NCBI RefSeq assembly: GCF_963921235.1 | Contig: NC_086097.1 | Location: forward strand, 40,798,001-40,862,000 | Length of the DNA: 64,000 nt | Reading direction: 5' to 3' | From: Mobula hypostoma | Taxonomy: Eukaryota | Part shown: piece by piece, positions 13,410-24,779 of the stretch | How positions within the stretch are numbered: the first letter of the stretch is position 1 | How the letters are laid out: every line of letters starts with the position of its first letter | Translations under genes and position numbers: made by a program | The notes under the pieces: model-generated | The model's database searches: none | Seen by the model: the letters and a program-made list of their open reading frames with translations, nothing else | Told to the model about the DNA's origin: nothing

Positions 13410-13682
13410 TGTGGCACAGTAGTGTAGTGGTTAGCACAATGTTTTACAGTACCAGCGACCTGGGTTCACTTCCTGGCACTGCCTGTAAGCAGTTTGTACA
13501 TTTTCCCCGTGCTTGTGTGTCTCCTCAAGGTGCTCTGGTTTCCTCCCACAGTCCAAAGATGTAGCAGTTGATGGGTTAATTAGTCATTGTAAATCGTACG
13601 ATTGTTAGGCTAGGCTTAAATTGAGGCACGGCTCAAAGTGCCAGAAGGGCCTAATCTGCACTGTATCTCAATAAATAAATAT
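13410..13682 (+). mobile_element. V-SINE nested in a Rex-type 3' end (host 13326-13850, - strand)
   Basis: tRNA head GTAGTGTAGTGGTTAGC..GGGTTCACTTCC, V-domain GGTTTCCTCCCACAGTCCAAAGA, (AATA)n tail. Confidence 0.75.
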
Positions 13683-14495
13683 GATAACTTACAATTAAAA
13701 ATTAAAGAGTGCAAAAGAGGAATAGCAAAGTAGTACTCATGGGTTCATAGACTGATAGGAAATCTGATGGCAGAGGGAACGAAGCTGTTTCTGAAATGTT
13801 AAGCGTGGGGCTTCGGGCTCCGGTACCTCTCCCCTGATGGTAGTGAGGGGCAGGTGTTTGCCTGGCTTTTCCTGCACTTCTCCTGGATTTTTAAGTTCCA
13901 GTATGTGTTATCGCAGAATGCGGCAATGCAAGTTGTAGACTCTCCACACTGTAGATGCATTCCATGCAGTGTATGGCAGAAGTGCATTAGGTCTAGAACA
14001 GGACACGAGGATCAGAGATATGAGCATTGCCAGTCACCTCAGATATAGAACTATTCCTTAAAAGCACTGCATTGCGGAGACGTCTACAAAGTGCAAATTT
14101 ATAAATCTCAGTAAACCTTTTTTAGGTTGTATTGTATAGTAATGTCTTTTAACTGTGGACTTTTCACCAGCATTTCCATGTGTACCTACTTGCGCATTGT
14201 GCTCGAGGTGATTCACTATCAATTAGGGACTGAAATATTGAGGCACATAAGCACAGGAAGGGCATACAGTACTTGTACTTTAGCTTCCCTTCTCCATTTG
14301 GTTTAAGAGGAAGCATCCAGACATCAGATAGTGATGCAGGATTGTTGACTGGTAACATTGATGGCAATGCCAGCAGTCTTTCTAGTAAGTGTTTTGACCA
14401 TATTTAAGAACTACCTCAGAGTGCTGTGTGCATTGACTGTATGACAGCACAACATCACCTTGTAGTGCTCACATCTTTCATATCTGTCTCCACAG

Positions 14496-14528
14496 GACGT
14501 ATCAGGAGGACACAAAGAACAAGCATAG
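14496..14528 (+). other. Candidate 33-nt host exon (unassigned gene)
   Basis: Branch-like CTCAC at ~14468-14472, pyrimidine tract, CAG|GACGTATCAGGAGGACACAAAGAACAAGCATAG|GTATTG, in non-repetitive sequence. Confidence 0.3.
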
Positions 14529-15071
14529 GTATTGCTTGATTCGTTGAGTGGCTTTACTTTAACATTCTGTGAAAATTTGTAGCCACAGGATTAGAAACTC
14601 AAATTATTCAATTACAATACAACTACCAGACTGATTGTCCTTTCTGAGTAACATTGTCTCTGTCAGCAGCTGAACCTGCCTTGATGTTCTATAGTCACTA
14701 TAAGTACCTTGCATCTAATAAATGACCATGGTGTATTGGTAAGTAATGGGCAGGCTTTCGCACTAAGCTCTGTTAAGAGATGAACTGCTGGCCAGCTTGC
14801 CCTGAGAATGAATGCATCACTCTTTGAGGATGCTTGTGGGAGAAGCGACAAATGGAGGTGAGTACTGAGGAGATATCACACCTCCTGTGTGACCCTGCTG
14901 GCATTTGTGGAGGCCTTTCACCCCTCTTGGATGGATTACCATAGGTCAGTCTTTTTGCGAGGTTTGTCCATTGTAGTGTTGATAAAGATCAGTGACAACC
15001 TTGCTGAAAGCATGCAGCACTGTTATGGGTGGAATCAGATCTGGACACAGCAGACAGTTTATCCTGGATAA

Positions 15072-15255
15072 TATTGAGACAAGGTTGGATAGATTTTTGC
15101 ACAGTAGGGGAATTAAGGGTTATGGGGAAAAGGCAGGTAGGTGGAGATGAATCCATGGCCAGATCAGCCATGATCTTATTGAATGGTGGAGCAGGCTCGA
15201 TGGGCCAGATGCCCTACTCCTGCTCCTATTTCTTATGTTCTTATGCTCTTATGAC
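15072..15255 (+). mobile_element. CR1 3' end
   Basis: GAATGGTGGAGCAGGCTCGATGGGCCAGATGCCCTACTCCTGCTCCTATT followed by a (TTCTTATG)n tail. Confidence 0.8.
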
Positions 15256-15775
15256 TATTTATTGTTGCCTTGTAGAGAAATATGGCAGTCAGTCTACAAC
15301 ACAGCAGGCTCCAGTGGACAACAGTGAGATAAATAATCCAATAAAAATGATTAGTTAATTGATTTAGTGTTATTGAGCAATGAATGTCGGACAGCACTCA
15401 AAGAATTCCCCTGCGCCTCTTCACATAGTGACTTCTCTTGACAATCTGCAGGAGCAGTCAGAAATGTAGGCTTTGAAAGACTACACTTCTGACATTAGCT
15501 GTATCTGAGATCTGCCCTGAAGTATCATATTTGGGATGTGCTCAAGATTCTGGAGTCGGCTTTGTAAACATTACTTTCTAAGATGGGAAAGAGGAAAGCC
15601 TACAATTACCTCTTGATCAGTATTGACAATGGAGCTTCTTCAATATTTGCGAAAGGCGGGGCTAATGTGCTCAACTTGCTAATTTCTTCCTTCCTGGTTC
15701 TGAAAACATTTCACTATGAGATTTATGCTTTCTGTGCTATGGAGAGCACTGGCAGCATTTGCCCAACCCTGAGAC

Positions 15776-16590
15776 ATGTTGGAAAGTGTATGGTCATGCA
15801 CTTTGATGGAAGAACTAAATGGGCAGACTATTATTTAGATGGGGAAAGAATTCAAAATGCAGAAATGCAAAGAGACTTGGGAGCCCTTGTGCAAGTTACC
15901 CTAAAGGTTAACCTGCAGGTTGAGTCGGCTGTGAAGAAGGCGAATGAAATGTTGGCATTCATTTCTAGAGGTATAGAATATAAGAGCCAGGATGTGATGT
16001 TGAAGCTCTATAAGGCACTCGTGAGACCACACTTGGAGTATTGTGTGCAATTTTGGGCTCCTTATTCTAGAAAGGATATACTGACATTGGAGAGGATTCA
16101 GAGAAGATTCATGAGAATAATTCCAGGAATGAGAGGGTTAATGTATGAGGAACATCTGGCAGCTCTTGGGCTGTATTCCCTGGAGTTCAGGAGAATGAGG
16201 GGGGATCTCATAGAAACATTCCAAATGTTAAAAGGCCTGAACAGATTAGATATGGCAAAGTTATTTCCCATGGTAGGGTAGTCTAGGACAAGAGGGCACG
16301 ACTTCAGGATTGAAGGACGTCCATTTAGAACTGAGATGTGGAGAAATTACTTTAGTCAGAGGGTAGTAAATCTGTGGAATTTGTTGCCACAAGTGGCTGT
16401 GGAGGCCAAGTCATTGGATGTATTTAAGGCAGAGATAGATAGGTTCTTGATTAGCCAGGGCATCAAAGGGCATGGGGTGAAAGCAGGGGAGTGGGGATGA
16501 CTGGATGAAGTGGATCAGCCCATGATTGAATGGCGGAGCAGACTCAATGGGCCGAATGGCCTACTTCTGCTCCTAAATCTTATGGTCTTA
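15776..16590 (+). mobile_element. CR1 3' fragment (second subfamily)
   Basis: C-terminal part of ORF 15583..16281 contains KCMVMHF, QRDLG and LYKALVRPHLEYCVQFWAP. The 3' UTR ends CTTATGGTCTTA. Confidence 0.9.
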
Positions 16591-16721
16591 AGTTTTCATT
16601 CTCTGGAAAGAAAAAGGTTTAGGGCCTCCTTGGGCATCAAGCCCACACATTTTTTCATGGATTGTCAGGACTAAGGAAGAATATGGGTGGGAGAAGGACT
16701 AGCAACATTTTGGATGTTGTA

Positions 16722-17015
16722 GAAGGTAATATAGCAGTTAGCTGGAAACTATTACAGCCCGGAACGTTCCAGAGATCGGAGTTCTATTCCAGCGCCATTC
16801 TGCAAGGAGTCGCTGTACTCCTTACAGAACGCAGGAATGCTTGGGTTTTCATGGGCACTCCAGCTTCCTCCCACCGTCTAAAGATGTGCCAGGTAGGTTA
16901 TTGCAAATTGTCCTTGATTAAGTTAGAGTTAATCAGAATTGTGCGGTTGTTGAGGTGCCATCGCTCGAAGGGCCAGAAGGACGTACCATGTGCTGTACAG
17001 TTAAATAAAATTAAA
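16722..17015 (+). mobile_element. Degenerate V-SINE
   Basis: Decayed V-domain GCTTGGGTTTTCATGGGCACTCCAGCTTCCTCCCACCGTCTAAAGA; 3' part GAAGGGCCAGAAGG; A-rich tail. Confidence 0.6.
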
Positions 17016-17457
17016 TATTCAATTTTCATTGCTCAATGGCACTAAACACATTAGATGGAGTAACCCTTACCCTGAACCTGAGTATAACATCAGTGCAATT
17101 GTTTTGCTTTATTTTGTTCTTATCCTGGTTTCACATTAGATATCCCTTGCCTTCAATGCTATATGTTATATCTGCCGTCACCCATATTAATAATATTTGG
17201 CTACATACATGCTATTATGAAAAATAGAACAATGTTTACTGCTTTACAGGAAATTAAGGCAGTTTCATACCACCTGTGATTTCATTCATTGGGAATAGGA
17301 ATGTTTGTTCCTTTTTTTGACTCTGTACGTCTCCTCCTTTGACTTAATTTAAAAATAACTTTGAATGCATTGTGTATCATTCTTGACTTTTAAAGGCAGT
17401 CATAGTTTTTAAAAGATGAACCTAGTTATCCCTTTTCGTATATTTGGGATAAATGTA

Positions 17458-20321
17458 ACATAGAAACATAGAAAATAGGTGCAGGAGTAGGCCATTCGGC
17501 CCTTCGAGCCTGCACCGCCATTTATTATGATCATGGCTGATCATCCAACTCAGAACCCAGCCTTCCCTCCATACCCCCTGACCCCTGTAGCCACAAGGGC
17601 CATATCTAACTTCCTTTTAAACATAGCTAATGAACTGGCCTCAACAGTTTGCTGTGGCAGAGAATTCCACAGATTCACCACTCTCTGTGTGAAGAAGTTT
17701 TTCCTAACCTCGGTCCTAAAAGGCTTCCCCTCTATCCTCAAACTGTGACCCCTCGTTCTAGACCTCCCCAACATCGGGAACAATCTTCCCGCATCTAGCC
17801 TGTCCAATCCCTTTAGGATCTTATACGTTTCAATCAGATCCCCCCTCAATCTTCTAAATTCCAACGAGTACAAGCCCAGTTCATCCAGTCTTTCTTCATA
17901 TGAAAGACCTGCCATCCCAGGAATCAATCTGGTGAACCTTCTTTGTACTCCCTCTATGGCAAGGATGTCTTTCCTCAGATTAGGGGACCAAAACTGCACA
18001 CAATACTCCAGGTGTGGTCTCACCAAGGCCTTGTACAACTGCAGTAGTACCTCCCTGCTCCTGTACTCGAATCCTCTCGCTATAAATGCCAGCATACCGT
18101 TCGCCTTTTTCACCGCCTGCTGTACCTGCATGCCCACTTTCAATGACTGGTGTATAATGACACCCAGGTCTCGTTGCACCTCCCCTTTTCCTAATCGGCC
18201 ACCATTCAGATAATAATCTGTTTTCCTATTTTTGCCACCAAAGTGGATAACTTCACATTTATCCACATTAAATTGCATCTGCCATGAGTTTGCCCACTCA
18301 CCCAACCTATCCAAGTCACCCTGCATCCTCCTCACTGCTAACACTGCCACCCAGCTTCGTGTCATCCGCAAACTTGGAGATGCTGCATTTAATTCCCTCA
18401 TCCAAGTCATTAATATATATTGTAAACAACTGGGGTCCCAGCACTGAGCCTTGCGGTACCCCACTAGTCACCGCCTGCCATTCTGAAAAGGTCCCGTTTA
18501 TTCCCACTCTTTGCTTCCTGTCTGCTAACCAATTCTCCACCCACACCAATACCTTACCCCCAATACCATGTGCTTTAAGTTTGCACACTAATCTCCTGTG
18601 TGGGACCTTGTCAAAAGCCTTTTGAAAATCCAAATATACCACATCCACTGGTTCTCCCCTATCCACTCTACTAGTTACATCCTCAAAAAATTCTATGAGA
18701 TTCGTCAGACATGATTTTCCTTTCACAAATCCATGCTGACTTTGTCCGATCATTTCACCGCTTTCCAAATGTGCTGTTATCACATCCTTGATAACTGACT
18801 CCAGCAGTTTCCCCACCACCGACATTAGGCTAACCGGCCTATAATTCCCCAGTTTCTCTCTCCCTCCTTTTTTAAAAAGTGGGGTTACATTAGCCACCCT
18901 CCAATCCTCAGGAACTAGTCCAGAATCTAACGAGTTTTGAAAAATTATCACTAATGCATCCACTATTTCTTGGGCCACTTCCTTAAGCACTCTGGGATGC
19001 AGACCATCTGGCCCTGGGGATTTATCTGCCTTCAATCCCTTCAATTTACCTAACACCACTTCCCTACTAACATGTATTTCGCTCAGTTCCTCCATCTCAC
19101 TGGACCCTCTGTCCCTTACTATTTCTGGAAGATTATTTATGTCCTCCTTAGTGAAGACAGAACCAAAGTAATTATTCAATTGGTCTGCCATGTCCTTGCT
19201 CCCCATAATCAATTCACCTGTTTCTGTTTGCAGGGGACCTACATTTGTCTTTATCAGTCTTTTCCTTTTTACATATCTATAAAAGCTTTTACAGTCCGTT
19301 TTTATGTTCTCTGCCAGTTTTCTCTCATAATCTTTTTTCCCCTTCCTAATTAAGCCCTTTGTCCTCCTCTGCTGAACTCTGAATTTCTCCCAGTCCTCAG
19401 GTGAGCCACTTTCTCTGGCTAATTTGTATGCTACTTCTTTGGAATTGATACTATCCCTAATTTCTCTTGTCAGCCACGGGTGCACTACCTTCCTTGATTT
19501 ATTCTTTTGCCAAACTGGGATGAACAATTGTTGTAGTTCATCCATGCAACCTTTAAATGCCTGCCATTGCATATCCACCGTCAATCCTTGAAGTGTCATT
19601 TGCCAGTCTATCTTAGCTAATTCATGTCTCATACCTTCAAAGTTACCCCTCTTTAAGTTCAGAACCTTTGTTTCTGAATTAACTACGTCACTCTCCATGT
19701 TAATGAAGAATTCCACCATATTATGGTCACTCTTACCCAAGGGGCCTCTCACGACAAGATCGCTAATTAACCCTTCCTCATTGCTCAAAACCCAGTCCAG
19801 AATAGCCTGCTCTCTAGTCGGTTCCTCGACATGTTGGTTCAAAAAACCATCCCGCATACATTCCAAGAAATCCTCTTCCTCAGCACCTTTACCAATTTGG
19901 TTCACCCAGTCTACATGTAGATTGAAGTCACCCATTATAACTGCTGTTCCTTTATTGCACACATTTCTAATTTCCTGTTTAATACCATCTCCGACCTCAC
20001 TACTACTGTTAGGTGGCCTGTACACAACTCCCAGCAGCGTCTTCTGCCCCTTAGTGTTACGCAGCTCTACCCATATCGATTCCACATCTTCCCGGCTTAT
20101 GTCCTTCCTTTCTATTGCGTTAATCTCTTTTTTAACCAGCAACGCCACCCCACCTCCCCTTCCTTCGTGTCTATCCCTCCTGAATATTGAATATCCCTGA
20201 ACGTTGAGCTCCCATCCCTGGTCACCCTGGAGCCATGTCTCTGTGATCCCATCTATATCATAATCATTAATAACAATCTGCACTTTCAATTCATCCACCT
20301 TATTACGAATGCTCCTTGCAT
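17458..20321 (-). mobile_element. Young 5'-truncated CR1 LINE with near-complete ORF2 (APE endonuclease plus RT) and a single frameshift
   Basis: ORFs 18316..20298 ([57 protein letters not shown]) and 17550..18464. (TTTCTATG)n tail. Confidence 0.97.
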
Positions 20322-21149
20322 AAAGGACCTTGCGTGATATTCAAGGGAACCTTTAAATTATTAGAGCAAGGATTTGTGACATGAGCCACTGCTAAGTATC
20401 CTAAAAAACAGCTGTGCAGATTGTATTTGTATTTCAAGTTTTTGAGATGCCCCTCATTAGTGGTGCGGATGAGTAATAGGCATGGACTGCCCAGTTGAGC
20501 TTTCCAACATGTGCATTCAATTAGTCACCCAGAAAAAGTAGCTAAAGAGCATAATTCTGTCTCAGTAGTCCCACAACTTGAACTTGGCCATTTATAAACA
20601 TCAGATGTGTCTTAAGCAGTAAAAGAAGCAGGCTATAGAAAATGTATAGTTATCTGATGCTATGTTCATCTGAACACTTTGCATTTCTGAACACTGGTAG
20701 AGAGCCAGACAACTAAAGGAAGGAAAAGGGGTTTTAATCTTCTTTATCTTCATCACAATGGGGCCTAAAAGGCAAATATTCTGATTGACAGATTCAACTC
20801 TACCTCCTTCTGAGGCCCTGCCACTTGAAAGTCCAATCTTCAGCTAATTAATTTGATCCACATGATCCCTGTAAAAACTGAGTGCATTGGTACCATCATT
20901 GCATTGGGCCCTATAATATCCCCACTGTGCTCCTGAATCAGTTGTGTCTCAGTTATATCTTTCAGATACTCCCAGTAAAGCAGAAAGTTTCGGAACCGTC
21001 TGACCACAGCAATTCATTTGTTCCACTTACGGGAAATCAGCAGTGATGAAACTGGACACCCAAGGCACAGTCAAGTAACACTTCTTCAATGAGACATTCA
21101 AACAGATTTTGATTTAGATTTCACCAAGATCACTTAGTTTCAGAACGTA

Positions 21150-21590
21150 TTGCAGGTTTTGTCTGCCCTCAGCATCTGACATTACAGAGAAAACAACCCA
21201 AGTTTGACCAACATCTCCTGGTAGCTAATATCCATTAATTCAGGCTTTTTTGTTCTCAAAAGCCGTCTCCTTCCTGCAATGGGGTGACCAGAACTATGTG
21301 CAATACTCCAATTGTGACCTAATCAACGAATCATACAACTTCAATGAAGGTAAGCATGCCAACCACTCCATCTGCTTACATGGCCTCTTTCAGTGAGCTG
21401 TGGACTTACACCCACGATCCTCCTCTGTATCAATGCTGTTTCAGAGTCCAGCCATTTACTATATACATTTCCCTAACATTTGATCTATGAAAGTGCACTA
21501 CTTCACACTTGCCCAGTTTATGTTCCATCTGCCATTTCTCTACCCATAATTGTAACTGACCTAGATCCTGCTTTATCTTTTGAGAGCCTG
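21150..21590 (-). mobile_element. Old CR1 fragment
   Basis: GGTGACCAGAACTATGTGCAATACTCCAA is the reverse complement of the LEYC-QFWSP coding segment. Confidence 0.6.
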
Positions 21591-22180
21591 CACGTCAATA
21601 TTGATCATTGTAAATCCCAGGCAATAGTGATTTCCAACAGTGAAATGTACTGCACCTGTTCTTTATACTCAATGGTACAGTGTTACCTTCACTGAGTTCA
21701 TTATTAGCACCATCTATTTGGGATTTCTGGTGAGGGTGAAAAGAGACCATCTGTAGTAGCCATATAAGTCAGAGATGAGATCTTCAGTGGCAAATGCTAT
21801 CCCTTTGACATCCCAGAGCCTTTCCTGCATCTCCAAAGCACAGTGACAAAATGCCTTTTATTTGCCTGGATATATGTAGTTCTGAGATTTCACAGTAGCC
21901 CACTGGTTAGCATCTCACCTACTTCAAGAAGTATTCATTCCCTGATGTGTGCTGGCTGCCATGTGTAGAATCTATAGAACGTACTGGATTTGTTTGCAAA
22001 GACTACTCCAAAACTGTCCCATAGATGGTGAAAGGCAGAAAGAAGCTTGGGACATCATCACTCCACTCTTAACATGCCATTCACCCACTGTTGCTCTCCT
22101 GTTCCTGGAGTTCCCAGTGCTGTGGTACGACCTTCACCACCTGGTAGCTGAAGTTCATGACTTTGTCAAAAGCCAGACAG

Positions 22181-22735
22181 TAAGCTCAGTGGCCACTTTA
22201 TTAGGTATACCTGTACACCTAGAGCAAATATCTAATTGGATTATAATGTGGCAGCAAATCAATGCATAAAAGCATGCTGACATGGTCAAGAGGTGCAGCC
22301 ATTGTTCAGAGCAAACATCAGAATGGGGAAGAAATGTGATCTAAGTGACTCTGGCCATGGAATGATTGTTGATGCCAGACAGGGTGATTTCAGGCTCAGA
22401 AACAGTTGATCTCCTGGGATTTTCACACACAGCTGTCTCTAAAGTTTATAGGTAGGGAACGGTGAAAAAAAAACACAAATAAAATCCAGTGAGCGACAGT
22501 TTTGTAGGTGAAAATACCTTGTTAATGAGAGAGGTCAGAGAACAATGGGCAAACTGGTTCAAACTAACAGAAAGGTGACAGTAACTCAAATAATCACACC
22601 TCAAGATTCAACATTCTGAATTCACAACGTGTTGAACCTTGAGGTTAATGGGCTACAGCAGAAGAAGACCATGAACATACACTCAGTGGTCAATTTATTA
22701 GGTACAGGAGGTACCCAATAAAGTGGCTGAGTGTA
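22181..22735 (+). mobile_element. Non-autonomous Tc1-like DNA transposon
   Basis: TIRs CTCAGTGGCCACTTTATTAGGTA and TACCCAATAAAGTGGCTGAGTG-TA. Internal remnant ATGGGGAAGAAATGTGATCTAAGT (MGKKCDLS..GMIV) resembles a Tc1 transposase N-terminus. Confidence 0.8.
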
Positions 22736-24414
22736 CACTGGGTAAAGCAACAAACTCAGTTGGCACCCAAATGCCAATTGAAATATTTACACTAATCATG
22801 CTGCCTTCACCTATCCCTTAATGTCCAAGTGGTTGTGTGTCTTATGATTTAATCATGAATCAACGACAGCACCATTATTAAAACATAAAGTTACAGAGTT
22901 AATAGAATATTAAACAGTCCAATAGAACAAAGGGAAGCTCGATCGTATTTTGTGAGTTGATGTTCAACCTTGATCATTAAGTCATGAGAGCGGGAAGCAA
23001 TCCAAAGGAGCACCTGACTAAGACTAACACCAGAGCTTTGGTTTGTCAGCAAAATAACCAGCAGGAGCTCAGTACAGCCTTTTCTACATCGAGAGTAAGA
23101 GCAGCATGTTCAAGATTGCCCCAAGCTATCCAGAATTTTGAAATGCAGTCGTTCCTTGATCTTTACTGGGCACTGTCTGAAATCCCTTACCTTACACTTC
23201 TGTGAGAGTGACTTCACTGCATGAACTGCAACTCATCAAAAAACTTCTCCACTACTGCCAGGATGAGCAATAAGTGCTACTTTCAGGATCCTAAGAAGAA
23301 ATGAAATGAGTGGAGTTCAGTGTGAAGTAATCCACACTGGATCCAAGAAGAGTAAACTGGAATATTTTCTAATTGGGAAGAAATAGAACTCATGGAGAAA
23401 TTTGATTGTTCATCCATAAAAAATCATAAATAATGGGTAATCACTAATTCTCTCCCATACAGCGTTGTGGGATTGCCTTGACCAGAAAAACTGTATCGAT
23501 TCAGCAGATGCTCTCTATTGCCTTCATAAGCGATGGGCAATAACTGTGATGTTGCAGATTCTGCAATTTCTGGTCTCCAACACAATAGTGCAGTTATCTC
23601 AGTTGCTCCAGGTGATCCCTGACTTCCCTCTTCATTGTCTTCAAAGATCGGCCTCTCAGGCCTCTCTTTCAGTGAATCTTTTGATATGCCACTAGTCCAC
23701 CCAATCTGAAAACTTCAATTCATTTGTTTCTGCTGCAGAGCAGCTAAACCAGACCAAACACATTGCTGGATTGGTGCCGTGTTTGTGAAGTGGTCCAGTA
23801 CTGTGAAGCTTTTCTTTGCTTTTAATTGGAGAGAAACTCTGATATTAAAGTTTGAGGTGTAAATTAAAATTGTCATTTGATTGTGAACTAGATGACTTTG
23901 TTTTTTGGAGTTCTGACTGAAATTTTATAAAATGTATATACACTTTCAAATGCTTAAATTTTTTGATGTTTTTAAGCTGCTTAATCATTTTTTGGCAGAT
24001 TTCCCATATTGCTCTGTTATTCTTGAAAATTAGATGCTTAGTGACTAATAACCTATAATCATTGACTTCTGAGCTAACAATTGAACCAATAAAGACTGGT
24101 AAATAGTCACAATTAAATCTAAAAACTAAACTATTTGGAGAGTAAATTTGGGGTATAATTGTTGAAATGCTGGCAGTCTGACCACTGAATCAGAAGACAC
24201 GGATTGAAACCCACCACTGGCTCAAGTAGAAAATGTAGTCTTGCATTTCTCAGTGAATCCTGGAGAAGACTTCAAGAATGGGCTGTTTAATACATCAAGG
24301 AGAAGGTGATTTAGACAAGCAAAGTGTGATAAACTGGGCCAGGAAATGTAAATAAAAGTATGCAGCACAGAAAAAGTCTAGAGTTAATCTGAGTTGTAAA
24401 AGAAATCTAACTAT

Positions 24415-24660
24415 ATAGCATAATGGTTATCATACCACTATTACTGTGCTAGTAACGTGGGTTCATTTCTGCTGCTGTTTGGAGTTTGTACGTTCTCTCC
24501 TGACTATGTGGCTTTCCTCCGGGAGTTCTGGTTTCCTCCCACACTCCAAAGACGTACGGGCTAGTAGGTTAATTTGTCACATGCATGCAATTAGGCAGCG
24601 TGGACTCATTGGGGTGAAAGTGCATGTTACTGTGCTGTTCCTCTAGCTAGAAAGATAAAT
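24415..24660 (+). mobile_element. V-SINE
   Basis: GGAGTTTGTACGTTCTCTCC..TTTCCTCCGGGAGTTCTGGTTTCCTCCCACACTCCAAAGACG. Confidence 0.75.
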
Positions 24661-24779
24661 AATGTTTTTTTTAAATAAGGTTGATGATTTGATAGCACTT
24701 ATGAGTATAATTTAATTGTTCTTTTGGGGAACTGATTGGAGGGTGACCAGAACTTGGTACCTAATATTCCAGTTTATAC

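Noticed and set aside
15583..15775. N-terminal extension fused in frame to a CR1 fragment (similarly 43475-43825)
   Set aside because: Chance read-through from flanking sequence, with no evidence of a domesticated gene.
17932..20200. + strand ORFs such as MNLLCTPSMAR.. and [10 protein letters not shown].., also present at 28835-29539 and 30575-31231
   Set aside because: They are antisense shadows of CR1 ORF2 and recur only because the element is repeated.
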